Of a DNA stretch of 64,000 bases, positions 1 to 8,911 are shown piece by piece. The position numbers and the translations under genes were made by a program. A model generated the notes under the pieces. It saw only the letters and a program-made list of their open reading frames with translations. It did not search any database and had not been told where the DNA came from. This DNA is from Microvirga sp. Its GTDB lineage: Bacteria; Pseudomonadota; Alphaproteobacteria; Rhizobiales; Beijerinckiaceae. The stretch lies in contig DASQML010000030.1 of assembly GCA_035645515.1 (NCBI GenBank), positions 67,001 to 131,000 on the forward strand, in the 5' to 3' direction. Position 1 is the first letter of the stretch. The number at the start of each line of letters is the position of its first letter.

Positions 1-170
1 GCGAGGGACTTGGCGAGGTTCTTCATCTCGCTTTCGATCCTGACGAACTCCTGGTCCCGCTCGCTCCAGTCCCGCCACCCTTCGAGGCCGGCGATGGCAA
101 GGCAGATGACCGCCACGAAGATCTTGAGCCAGAATGACGAGGAGCGGGTTCTGCGCGGCGGGGATACCAT
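1..170 (-). CDS. 5' part of a membrane/sensor-like protein (N-terminus only, runs off the window)
   Basis: ATG at 170-168 follows GGAGA with 9-nt spacing, just downstream of the sugE stop. It translates as MVSPPRRTRSSSFWLKIFVAVICLAIAGLEGWRDWSERDQEFVRIESEMKNLAKSL, which has one clear TM helix. It is not in the ORF track because it is truncated. Confidence 0.35.
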   Translation of the reverse strand, partial: MVSPPRRTRSSSFWLKIFVAVICLAIAGLEGWRDWSERDQEFVRIESEMKNLAKSL

Positions 171-186
171 CTGGCTCAGTCTCCGC

Positions 187-504
187 TCACGGGGCCGCGA
201 ATTTGAGGCCGAGGATGCCGGCGACGATCAGTCCGATACAGGCCAGACGCATGACAGTGGCCGGCTCGCCGAGAAGAACGATGCCGAGGAGCGCAGTCCC
301 AACCGTTCCGATGCCGGTCCAGACCGCATAGCCGGTGCCGACCGGCAGAGTTTTGAGGGCAAGCCCCAGGAGCAGGACGCTCGCCACCATGCTCAGTGCT
401 GTCAGAATGGAAGGGACCAAACGGGTGAAGCCATCGGTGAATTTGAGACCTATCGCCCATCCGATCTCGAAAAGGCCCGCAAATGCCAGGTAAACCCACG
501 CCAT
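187..504 (-). CDS. sugE: SMR-family small multidrug/guanidinium exporter (SugE/Gdx-like), 105 aa
   Basis: [26 protein letters not shown]...[12 protein letters not shown] is a typical four-TM SMR/SugE sequence. The start was moved to the internal ATG at 504, since the upstream part of track ORF 187..759 does not look like protein. Confidence 0.9.
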   Translation of the reverse strand: MAWVYLAFAGLFEIGWAIGLKFTDGFTRLVPSILTALSMVASVLLLGLALKTLPVGTGYAVWTGIGTVGTALLGIVLLGEPATVMRLACIGLIVAGILGLKFAAP

Positions 505-674
505 TCCCGCTCTCACGTCACCGGCCGGTGATCCATTATTATCCGCATTGATAACGCGAGGGCCCCCTTGCGCCGCTTGAATATACAGAGGGTAATTATG
601 CGGCTCAATAGAGGCAAAAGTTGCAGATTTACCTCCAGGATCGCGCCCGGCCCCGGCCGCCAAAGCCCAGGCCC

Positions 675-962
675 TCATTCCTGAGGTCGATCGGAGGGCT
701 TCAGGGAGGCGTAAGGATTGAACGGGGCATAGATCTGGTGCTTCCACGCATCCCCGCAATTGACGCAGATCGAGCGGATCATATGGTCGCTCTGCTCAAG
801 GCGCCTGAGCAGCTTCTCCTGCCGCGCCTGGGCCTCGTTCTGCTCGGATTCATAGCCCGAGGGCCGGACGGTGAGCCGCATGCCCTGGCCGTTCGACGCG
901 CTCTGGGCAAAAGCGGACCCTGACAGGGCCACCAGAATGGCTGCTGCGATAACACGGCGCAT
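675..962 (-). CDS. small secreted hypothetical protein (95 aa)
   Basis: Signal peptide [33 protein letters not shown] precedes the ATG at 962. No family recognised. Confidence 0.55.
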   Translation of the reverse strand: MRRVIAAAILVALSGSAFAQSASNGQGMRLTVRPSGYESEQNEAQARQEKLLRRLEQSDHMIRSICVNCGDAWKHQIYAPFNPYASLKPSDRPQE

Positions 963-1015
963 CGGACTCCCCCTCGGCCGATTGAAGCTATCCTGAGTGG
1001 ATGCCACGCAATGCT

Positions 1016-1033
1016 ATTCCGTCAAGACGGAAT
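1016..1033. promoter_or_regulatory. perfect 18-bp palindrome ATTCCGTCAAGACGGAAT in a divergent promoter region
   Basis: Read directly. It lies between the divergent starts at 962 (-) and 1203 (+). Confidence 0.3.
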
Positions 1034-1202
1034 GCGGGATTGAGACCATTGGAAGCAGCTCCTTGTCAGGCAAGGCAAAAGGTTCCTTTCGGGAGTGAAA
1101 ATATTTTCCAGTGCCAAGGACGCGGCCCTCCCTGTTCGGAGAGGTGGTGCGGGAACTGTGCCGCCTAAATGGCCCAGCTTGAAGAAACCAAGCGGGCTTT
1201 GC

Positions 1203-3899
1203 ATGACCCATTCCAATCGCGATTCGACCGGAGCTTCGTCTTCTCCCCACGGTTCGTTCGTCCGGTCCACGGCAGTCACGATCTTGCTCCTCCTGCTCTC
1301 GTCCGCCCTTGCCGGCCCGGCGGCGTGGGCAGGCTGCTCCAGGACCGGCCCGGACGTCTTCTGTTCGGGAGTGACATCGGTCACGGATGCGCCGATTGCG
1401 GAGGTGACGAATGGAGGGAGAATTATCATCGAAGGCAGCGCTTCGGTGAGCGGCGGCGTAGGATACGGCGTTGTCGGCACCGGCGAGGCAACGGCGCTTA
1501 CCAATCGTGGAGCCTTGACCACGAGCGGTGCTTCTATCGACGGAATGGAGGTGCTTGGAGACGGACATTCCATTCTCAACGCAGGCAGCGTCTCGACATC
1601 GGGCAACTCGGCCAGCGCTCTTCATGCGGTCGGCAACGGCAACAGCCTCGTGAATGCCGGAACGATCGGTACGGCGACCGGCACCTCCGCCATGGGCATC
1701 TTTGCCGAAGGCAACGGGAACAATCTGATCAACACGGGCGGCATCACGACTCATGGGATGGGTTCCGAGGGTCTCTCGGTTTACGGAAACGGCAATACGC
1801 TGACGAACGGCGGGTCAATCGTCACGACCGGTCCCGTGGCCAACGGAATGCGCGCTCACGGCGACGGCAACACCCTTATCAACGAAGCGAACATCTCCAC
1901 ATCGGGCGTCGAAGGGCGCGGCATCAAGGTGGATGCCGCCACCGGCAATCTCATCATCAACCGCGGCACGATCGAAACAGCCGGCGAGCGCGGCTACGGA
2001 ATCTGGGTCGCGAGCAGGGCAGGCGAGACAACCACGGTTGTCAATGAGAGAACAGGCATCATCCGCAGCTTAGGCGATAAGGTGCTCCAGTTCGATGCCG
2101 GCAACGAGAGCGTTCGGAATTTCGGCTTTTTGGGCACGTCCACCGGGGGCGCTGCTGCCGATCTCGGCGCGGGGAACGACACGTTCCTCATCGGCGCGAC
2201 CTCCCGCATCGTGGGCTTTGTCGAAGCCGGCGAGGGCATGGATACTTTTGCTCTCGGAGGATCGGCCAATGCAGCCTTCGATGCTGCTCTCATCGGCCCA
2301 GGCGCCGAATACAGAAACTTCGAGACCTACAGAAAGCTCGGCACCTCTACCTGGATCCTGAGCGGAGCCAACAGCGGCGCCATGCCGTGGCATGTCCAAC
2401 AGGGAAGTCTCCTGGTGACGGGCAGCGTGGGGGGAGCCGCCATGACGGTCTATGACGGAGCTCTCCTCGGCGGGGACGGCACCGTCGGCAGCATCGCCGC
2501 CCTCCCGGGCAGCACCCTGTCTCCGGGCATGAACGGCATCGGCTCCCTTGCCGTCACCGGCAATGTGCTGATCGCGGACGGAACGATCTACAGGATCGAT
2601 CTCAATGCCTCGCGCCAGAGCGACCAGATCGTGGCCGCTGGAGCCGCGACCGTCCAAGGGGGCACGGTGCAGGTCCATGCACGTCCGGGTGCCTACAGGC
2701 CGGGAAGCCGCTGGACCATTCTCACCGCCGATGGAGGCGTCACGGGCCAGTTCGCCGGCGTCACGACGAACCTGGCCTTCTTCCGTCCTGTGCTGAGCAA
2801 AGACGGAAAGCACATTTATCTGAGCCTTCCCCGCATCGACGAGGCCGGTCCGGGAGGTCAGCCCGCGCCGTCTCCCGAAGCTTCACCTGTTGCTTTCGAT
2901 CTCGGCACGATCCTCGTGCATGACGATCTCTTCCGCGCGGCCGTGCTTTGCCGCTTGCGCTGCTCGAGCGGAGGGCTTCCGTCCGTGGCCGTTTCGGACA
3001 TCGTGACGGCGGACTACGCCGCCGACTTGCCGATCAGCAGGAAGAGCGCTGCTCCGATCGCCATCCGAGTCCCGCAGACGACCCGCGACTGGGCCCTTTG
3101 GGCAAAGGTGATCGGCTCGTGGGGATCGACCGAGGCGACGCCTGGTTCTCAAGCGGTGAACCGCAGCACGACAGGCCTCGTCGTCGGTGCCGATGCAGGC
3201 TTCGGAACACCCTACAGAATTGGCATCGCAGCGGGCACCTTCTCGACGGATCTCGACTTCGCCTCTCTGTCTGCGGATGGAAACGTGGAGAGCCTGCATA
3301 TCGGCCTCTACGGGTCCGCAGCTTTCGGCGCGCTGAATCTGCGCGGCGGGCTGGCTTACGCCCATCATGAGGTGGACACCACATTCTCTGCCGCCTATGC
3401 GTCGAACCGCTTCAGCAGCTCCCTGGATTCGTTCCAGGCGTTCGGAGAGATCGGCTATGCGATTGCGCTCAACGATCGGGTCGTGATCGAGCCTTTCCTG
3501 GGCCTGGCTCATGTGCACATCGCCGGCAGCGGCGTGCGGGTGGATGATTCCGATGCAGTCACCGGCAAGATCCAGTCCTTCGACACGACCTATACGACGT
3601 TGGGAGCGCGCGTGATCGCCACCATGCCGACACAGGCAGGAAATGTCACGTTCAAGGGTCTGCTGGGCTGGCGTCATGCCTTCGGCGACACGGTGCCGAA
3701 AGCGACGTTCTCCTTCGCAGGAGACGATCGCCCGCTTCTCGTTACCGGCGCGCCGGTCGACAAGGATAGCCTCGTGGTGGAAGCAGGCTTGAACTGGGAG
3801 GTTTCGAAGAGCACGACGCTCAGCGTTTCCTATACCGGCGCCATAGGCCGACGGGATCAGGAGCATACCGTCAGGGGAGGGCTGACAATCCGCTTCTGA
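1203..3899 (+). CDS. autotransporter outer-membrane protein (repetitive passenger plus C-terminal beta-barrel)
   Basis: Signal-like N-terminus with AVTILLLLLSSALAGPAAWA. The passenger has reiterated G-N-G-N-x-L-x-N-x-G-x-I units. The C-terminal ~280 aa show alternating beta-strand patterning and end in the aromatic ...GGLTIRF. Confidence 0.85.
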   Translation: MTHSNRDSTGASSSPHGSFVRSTAVTILLLLLSSALAGPAAWAGCSRTGPDVFCSGVTSVTDAPIAEVTNGGRIIIEGSASVSGGVGYGVVGTGEATALTNRGALTTSGASIDGMEVLGDGHSILNAGSVSTSGNSASALHAVGNGNSLVNAGTIGTATGTSAMGIFAEGNGNNLINTGGITTHGMGSEGLSVYGNGNTLTNGGSIVTTGPVANGMRAHGDGNTLINEANISTSGVEGRGIKVDAATGNLIINRGTIETAGERGYGIWVASRAGETTTVVNERTGIIRSLGDKVLQFDAGNESVRNFGFLGTSTGGAAADLGAGNDTFLIGATSRIVGFVEAGEGMDTFALGGSANAAFDAALIGPGAEYRNFETYRKLGTSTWILSGANSGAMPWHVQQGSLLVTGSVGGAAMTVYDGALLGGDGTVGSIAALPGSTLSPGMNGIGSLAVTGNVLIADGTIYRIDLNASRQSDQIVAAGAATVQGGTVQVHARPGAYRPGSRWTILTADGGVTGQFAGVTTNLAFFRPVLSKDGKHIYLSLPRIDEAGPGGQPAPSPEASPVAFDLGTILVHDDLFRAAVLCRLRCSSGGLPSVAVSDIVTADYAADLPISRKSAAPIAIRVPQTTRDWALWAKVIGSWGSTEATPGSQAVNRSTTGLVVGADAGFGTPYRIGIAAGTFSTDLDFASLSADGNVESLHIGLYGSAAFGALNLRGGLAYAHHEVDTTFSAAYASNRFSSSLDSFQAFGEIGYAIALNDRVVIEPFLGLAHVHIAGSGVRVDDSDAVTGKIQSFDTTYTTLGARVIATMPTQAGNVTFKGLLGWRHAFGDTVPKATFSFAGDDRPLLVTGAPVDKDSLVVEAGLNWEVSKSTTLSVSYTGAIGRRDQEHTVRGGLTIRF

Positions 3900-3910
3900 T
3901 CCCAGGACAC

Positions 3911-3945
3911 CGGCGGCGCGGACTTTTGCCAGAACCGCGCCGCCG
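3911..3945. terminator. bidirectional hairpin between convergent genes
   Basis: CGGCGGCGCGG (3911-3921) pairs perfectly with CCGCGCCGCCG (3935-3945) across a 13-nt loop containing TTTT. It sits between the stops at 3899 (+) and 3957 (-). Confidence 0.55.
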
Positions 3946-3956
3946 ATGGATGAACG

Positions 3957-5771
3957 TCAGATCACGACGAAGTCGTTGTAAGTGATGGCCTTGTTGGCAC
4001 CGATGTTGGCAAACGCCACCTGCCCGCCGGCCTTGTTGCCGTTGGCGTCGTACCACAGGTCGCCGGTGGCCTTGTTGTAGCCCACGAAGTCGTTGCTGTC
4101 CTTGGCCGCAGCCCCGATGACAAACGAGGCCTTGCTGAGCCCGCCCGTCTTGGTGAGCTTCTTGAACACCGCGTTCTCGAGCTTGATCGTGTCGTCGCGA
4201 TAGTTCCAGTCGAGGATCCGGTCCTTGTTGGATGAACTGCTCGGCGCCGTGGTGAACACGAACACGTCCTTGCCCGTGCCGCCATAGAGCACGTCGCTGC
4301 CTTTTCCTCCATTGAGGATGTCGCTGCCGCTCAAGCCCTTGAGGGTGTTCCTGGCGCTATTGCCCGCGAGCGTGTTGGCAAGCGTGTTGCCGGTGAGCGC
4401 GATGGCGCCGGAGCCGAGGCCGGTGAGCTTCTCCACATAAGCGCTCAGCGTATAGCTGACGGAGCTGCAGACCAGATCGATGCCGCCGAAATTGGCTTCG
4501 GTCACCACGTCCCAACGGCTGTCGACGTAATACGTATCGTTGTTGGCACCACCCTCCATGCGGTCGTTGCCGGTGCCGCCATTGAGCACGTCGTGCCCGG
4601 CGCCGCCCCACAGCGCGTCGATGCCGGCGGCGCCGTTCAGCGTATCGTTGTGGTAGCCGCCGTCGAGCTTGTCGGCGATCGCGGTGCCGTTCCGAACAAG
4701 GCCGGTCGTGTGAGCCGGACCGGAATAATGCGTCGTGATCGTTACATTGGCGGGCTTGTGCTGCGTCGTGTAGTCAGTCCACGACACGCCGCGCTCTTCC
4801 ATCGGGTTCTCGAAGGAGTAGTAGCTCCAGATGAAGGAGCCCGCGAGCCATTGCCCGCCGTAATTTTCCATGACCTTGAACAGGGCGTTGTAGCAATCGA
4901 CCTGCTCCTGAGGGTCGTATTCACCGGTGCCGCCGAAAGAGCCCGGGTCCCTGTTCGCGCCATCCATGCTGCGATAGCCGACCTCGGTGAAAATCACCTT
5001 CTTTCCGTATTGCTCCGACAGCGACTTGTAGTAATCGACGACGGACATGTTCCCGTTCACTTCACGCACCCAGGAATTGAAGTGCGGCTTGATCCAGGCG
5101 TCGACGATCTGATCGACGGTCGGGTTGTTGACCGTGGAGGACGGGATGTAGGCGTCGGTGCCGATATAATCGACCTTATCCCAGAACCCGACATCCTTCA
5201 CCGTCCAGTAAGTGGCGGCATAGGTGACTTTGCCTGAATAAACGGCGCGCACCGCGTCGATGATTTCCGCCCATTTCTGAGTGTAGGTCTTGCCGTCGCT
5301 GCAAACCTTAGTCGGATCAATCATGCTGTCCATTTCGGTGCCGACGCAGAGCATTGCCGCGCCAGCTTCCTGAGCTGCCTTGGCGTACTCCACCATCATG
5401 GCCTTGTAGCTCTCGAACCAGGCTTTGGGGTCCGTAGGAGCGAGTTCGGCGCGCCAGACCCGGTTGTTCGTTTCGAGATGTGGCTTGACCACAACTTCAA
5501 GTCCGCGGGCCTTCGCGGCAAGAATAGATTGCTTGACCTGCTCGAAGGTGTCGCTCTCGTTGTCCCAGGGATTGTTTGGATCGCCGAGATGCAGCTCGAC
5601 CGAGTTGCTGAACTTGTCGGTCTGGAAGAAGTTGGGGATGATCGTGACGGTATTGGCACCCGTGGCGACGAGCTGATCCAAGGCTCGGAGGCCGGTTTCA
5701 GTAAGAATCTGGCCGTTCCAATAGGAGGGCAAAGTCACGCTTTCCCATTCGAAGATTTGGCCTGTGCTCAT
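3957..5771 (-). CDS. secreted TIM-barrel glycoside hydrolase (clan GH-A-like) fused to C-terminal RTX calcium-binding repeats
   Basis: The N-terminal ~370 aa carry ...VGTEMD... and ...IFTEVGYRS..., patterns typical of clan GH-A catalytic glutamates. The C-terminal part has GGAGHDVLNGGTGNDRMEGGANNDTYY and GGKGSDVLYGGTGKDVFVF nonapeptide repeats and ends ...YNDFVVI. No signal peptide. The start was placed at ATG 5771 (MSTGQIFEWE). Confidence 0.8.
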   Translation of the reverse strand: MSTGQIFEWESVTLPSYWNGQILTETGLRALDQLVATGANTVTIIPNFFQTDKFSNSVELHLGDPNNPWDNESDTFEQVKQSILAAKARGLEVVVKPHLETNNRVWRAELAPTDPKAWFESYKAMMVEYAKAAQEAGAAMLCVGTEMDSMIDPTKVCSDGKTYTQKWAEIIDAVRAVYSGKVTYAATYWTVKDVGFWDKVDYIGTDAYIPSSTVNNPTVDQIVDAWIKPHFNSWVREVNGNMSVVDYYKSLSEQYGKKVIFTEVGYRSMDGANRDPGSFGGTGEYDPQEQVDCYNALFKVMENYGGQWLAGSFIWSYYSFENPMEERGVSWTDYTTQHKPANVTITTHYSGPAHTTGLVRNGTAIADKLDGGYHNDTLNGAAGIDALWGGAGHDVLNGGTGNDRMEGGANNDTYYVDSRWDVVTEANFGGIDLVCSSVSYTLSAYVEKLTGLGSGAIALTGNTLANTLAGNSARNTLKGLSGSDILNGGKGSDVLYGGTGKDVFVFTTAPSSSSNKDRILDWNYRDDTIKLENAVFKKLTKTGGLSKASFVIGAAAKDSNDFVGYNKATGDLWYDANGNKAGGQVAFANIGANKAITYNDFVVI

Positions 5772-6040
5772 GCCGACGCCCCCGTTCCCGCACCCCACGG
5801 TGCGCAATCTTATGATGTGATTGTATTAGAATAACATATCATTAAAATCTGCCATTAGGCCGCATGGCTTAGTGCGGCAGTACAGGGTTGAGTAAGGATC
5901 GCTTCTTAAAACCTTAAGTTGCTTCAACCTATCAGCGCGCCCACTGGACATGTATGACCAGCAAAATCATTTCTGACAGGCTTCTCTTTCATATCCTTCC
6001 TGTAACCTTGATCGAGAGTGGAAGCGCGGAACACGCGAAC

Positions 6041-6075
6041 GAAGAAGGCCGGCGCAGCCCTGGGCCGGCCTTCTT
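6041..6075. terminator. GC-rich hairpin downstream of ilvD
   Basis: AAGAAGGCCGGC / GCCGGCCTTCTT form a 12-bp stem with a 9-nt loop, 40 nt past the ilvD stop. The U-run is weak and lies on the + strand, so its function is uncertain. Confidence 0.4.
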
Positions 6076-6114
6076 GTTTCCATGGGATCGAACGGCGGAA
6101 CCGCAGCCCCGAAA

Positions 6115-7944
6115 TCAGATCTGCCGCACGGCGCCCTTGGCGGCGCTGGTGGCGAGCATGGCATAGGCCTTGAGAGCGGCGGATACCTTGCGCTTGCGCG
6201 GCTGGGCAGGCTGCCAGCCTTTCGCGTCCTGCTCGGCGCGGCGGCGCTCGAGTTCCGCTTCGTCCACCGCGAGATTGATGCGGCGGTTCGGAATGTCGAT
6301 CTCGATCCGGTCGCCGTCGCGCACGAGGCCGATGGTGCCGCCTTCCGCCGCTTCCGGCGAGACGTGACCGATGGAGAGGCCCGAGGTGCCGCCGGAGAAG
6401 CGCCCGTCCGTGATGAGTGCGCAGGCCTTTCCGAGGCCCTTCGATTTCAGGTAGCTCGTGGGGTAGAGCATCTCCTGCATGCCGGGTCCGCCGCGGGGAC
6501 CTTCGTAGCGGATGACGACGACATCGCCGGCCTTGACCTTGCCGTTGAGGATGCCGCTTACCGCATCGTCCTGGCTCTCGAAGACGATGGCCGGACCGGA
6601 GAACACGAGGATGCTCTCGTCCACGCCTGCCGTCTTCACGATGCAGCCGTCGAGGGCGAGGTTGCCGAAGAGAACGGCAAGGCCGCCGTCCTTCGAGAAA
6701 GCGTGCTCCGCATCGCGGATGACGCCGCCTGCACGGTCCATGTCCACGCTGTCGTAGCGGCTTTCCTGGCTGAATGCGGTCTGGGTCGGCACGCCGCCCG
6801 GAGCGGCGCTGAAGAACTCGTGCACGGCGTGGCTGTTGGTGCGGCGCACGTCCCACCGGTCGAGGGCCGCCTTCAGGCTTTCCGAATGGACCGTCGGCAC
6901 GGATGTGTCGAGAAGGCCCGCCCGGTCGAGCTCACCGAGGATGCCCATGATGCCGCCGGCGCGGTGCACGTCTTCCATGTGCACGTTGGCGATGGCCGGA
7001 GCGACCTTGCACAGCACCGGCACGCGGCGCGACAGGCGGTCGATATCCGCCATCGTGAAGTTCACCTCCGCTTCATAGGCGGCAGCCAGCAGGTGCAGCA
7101 CCGTGTTGCTCGAGCCGCCCATGGCAATGTCGAGGGCCATGGCGTTTTCAAAGGCGGCGAAGTTCGCGATCGAGCGCGGCAGAACGCTGGCATCGTCCTG
7201 CTCGTAGTAGCGGCGGGCAAGATCGACGATCAGGTGGCCGGCCTCCACGAAGAGGCGCTTGCGGTCGGCGTGGGTGGCGAGCGTCGAGCCGTTGCCGGGC
7301 AGGGAAAGGCCCAGCGCCTCAGTGAGGCAGTTCATGGAGTTGGCTGTGAACATGCCGGAGCATGAGCCGCATGTGGGGCAGGCGGCACGTTCGATGGCCT
7401 TGATGTCCTCGTCCGCCACCTTGTCGTCGGCAGCGGCGACCATGGCGTCCACGAGGTCGAGCTTCTTGGTCACGCCGTTGAGCACGACCTTGCCCGCTTC
7501 CATCGGACCGCCGGAGACGAAGACCGTCGGGATGTTGAGGCGAAGCGAGGCCATCAGCATGCCGGGGGTGATCTTGTCGCAGTTGGAGATGCAGACCATG
7601 GCGTCGGCGCAATGGGCGTTGACCATGTATTCCACGGAGTCGGCGATCAGCTCCCGCGAGGGCAGGGAGTAGAGCATGCCGTCATGGCCCATGGCGATGC
7701 CGTCGTCCACCGCGATGGTGTTGAATTCCTTGGCAACGCCGCCGGCCTTCTCGATCTCCCGCGCCACGAGCTGGCCCAGGTCCTTCAGGTGGACGTGGCC
7801 CGGCACGAACTGGGTGAAGGAGTTGACCACGGCAATGATCGGCTTGCCGAAGTCGGAATCCTTCATGCCTGTGGCCCGCCAGAGGCCGCGAGCGCCCGCC
7901 ATGTTGCGGCCGTGGGTGGTGGTACGAGAGCGATAGGCTGGCAT
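6115..7944 (-). CDS. ilvD: dihydroxy-acid dehydratase
   Basis: [27 protein letters not shown]... and [11 protein letters not shown], the classical IlvD N-terminus and Fe-S cysteine region. The start was set at the internal ATG at 7944. Confidence 0.95.
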   Translation of the reverse strand: MPAYRSRTTTHGRNMAGARGLWRATGMKDSDFGKPIIAVVNSFTQFVPGHVHLKDLGQLVAREIEKAGGVAKEFNTIAVDDGIAMGHDGMLYSLPSRELIADSVEYMVNAHCADAMVCISNCDKITPGMLMASLRLNIPTVFVSGGPMEAGKVVLNGVTKKLDLVDAMVAAADDKVADEDIKAIERAACPTCGSCSGMFTANSMNCLTEALGLSLPGNGSTLATHADRKRLFVEAGHLIVDLARRYYEQDDASVLPRSIANFAAFENAMALDIAMGGSSNTVLHLLAAAYEAEVNFTMADIDRLSRRVPVLCKVAPAIANVHMEDVHRAGGIMGILGELDRAGLLDTSVPTVHSESLKAALDRWDVRRTNSHAVHEFFSAAPGGVPTQTAFSQESRYDSVDMDRAGGVIRDAEHAFSKDGGLAVLFGNLALDGCIVKTAGVDESILVFSGPAIVFESQDDAVSGILNGKVKAGDVVVIRYEGPRGGPGMQEMLYPTSYLKSKGLGKACALITDGRFSGGTSGLSIGHVSPEAAEGGTIGLVRDGDRIEIDIPNRRINLAVDEAELERRRAEQDAKGWQPAQPRKRKVSAALKAYAMLATSAAKGAVRQI

Positions 7945-8102
7945 GGGGCTTGTCCCGGTCTTCGAAATTCTTGAGCCAGTCTTGTTCGACCGAAACGAAA
8001 CGACATGCAAGCGCTTTTGCTGCCACCTTTAGGCGCAGAATGCATCCCTGGGCTGCGCTTTCACGCAATTTTCTTACTTGCCGGTCTTCGGATTGAGCGT
8101 TC

Positions 8103-8128
8103 TGAACCGGCCAAGCCCCGTCCGCGTT
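8103..8128 (+). promoter_or_regulatory. near-consensus EcfG-type (general stress ECF sigma) promoter, TGAAC-N17-CGTT
   Basis: TGAAC at 8103-8107 and CGTT at 8125-8128, about 33 nt upstream of ATG 8161. There is one mismatch to GGAAC. Confidence 0.3.
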
Positions 8129-8160
8129 GGTCCGGCAGCGCAGCCGGAAAGGGCGAGATC

Positions 8161-8406
8161 ATGGTACCGGAGACCGATTGGGATGCGACGGCCCACCTGC
8201 AATACGAGCCGATGGGCACGCCGAAGGGCAGCACGCCGCCGCACGGCAGTGACGTGATCGAATTCTCCTCCCTTCGGGAAGCCATTCACTGGGCCATGAC
8301 CAACGAGGCTCCGGCGGGCATGCATGCGGTGATCCGGACCGCCTCCGGCGAGGTGCTCGAGCCGAGCCATCTGGAGGAGCTCTGGGCCAGTCTGCAGGGA
8401 CCCTAG
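8161..8406 (+). CDS. hypothetical small cytoplasmic protein (81 aa)
   Basis: ATG at 8161 follows GGAAAGGGCGAG. The sequence MVPETDWDATAHLQYEPMGTPKG...LWASLQGP matches no family I recognise. Confidence 0.5.
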   Translation: MVPETDWDATAHLQYEPMGTPKGSTPPHGSDVIEFSSLREAIHWAMTNEAPAGMHAVIRTASGEVLEPSHLEELWASLQGP

Positions 8407-8840
8407 ATCCAGCCGAGGCTCAAGGCTCCGACCGCGAGATATCGGCCCGCCTTGGCCAGCGCGACGAGCAGGATGAAGACGGGCAGGGGCTCGCGCAACA
8501 CGCCTGCCACGATCGTGAGCGGATCGCCAACGATCGGGACCCAGCTGAGCAGCAGAGTCCAGCGCCCGTAGCGGTGATACCATCCCTCCGCCCTTCTCAT
8601 CTGATCGCGCTTGACCGGAAACCAAGGGCGATTCTCGAAGCGGCTGAAGAAGCGTCCCAGGAACCAGTTCACGATGGAGCCGAGAATATTGCCGAGGCTC
8701 GCGACGAGGATGAGCAGCCACCAGGTGTATTGCTCCGCCACCAGCATGCCGAACAGCACGGCTTCCGACTGGAAGGGAAAGATGGTGGCCGAGAGGAATG
8801 CAGCGGCAAAGAGGGCGCCGTATTCGGCAAGATGCGGCAT
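8403..8840 (-). CDS. YqaA/DedA-type (SNARE-associated) membrane protein
   Basis: MPHLAEYGALFAAAFLSATIFPFQSEAVLFGM...WVPIVGDPLTIVAG fits the YqaA-family pattern with four TM helices. Confidence 0.8.
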   Translation of the reverse strand: MPHLAEYGALFAAAFLSATIFPFQSEAVLFGMLVAEQYTWWLLILVASLGNILGSIVNWFLGRFFSRFENRPWFPVKRDQMRRAEGWYHRYGRWTLLLSWVPIVGDPLTIVAGVLREPLPVFILLVALAKAGRYLAVGALSLGWI

Positions 8841-8911
8841 GAGGCTCGTCGGTGAAGATCGCGGGGATGCACGCGATTAGCATGCCCTCCCGCTCACATC
8901 CACATCGCGCG

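Noticed and set aside
505-674. Possible guanidine riboswitch (ykkC, mini-ykkC or guanidine-III) upstream of sugE, since SugE/Gdx genes are often controlled this way.
   Set aside because: I found no ACGR-loop hairpin pair, no GGUCCGAGAG-type ykkC core and no guanidine-III-like ACGAGG pseudoknot segment. The region is mostly an AT-rich promoter-like stretch plus one CACCGGCCGGTG hairpin. A covariance-model scan would settle it.
3995-4010. Sigma-54-like TGGCAC-N5-TTGG.
   Set aside because: It lies inside, and antisense to, the 3' end of the GH-RTX coding region, and the -12 element is imperfect.
7863-8045. Possible leader peptide or attenuator upstream of ilvD (60-aa ORF overlapping the ilvD start).
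   Set aside because: There is no run of Ile/Val/Leu codons and no alternative terminator/antiterminator hairpins.
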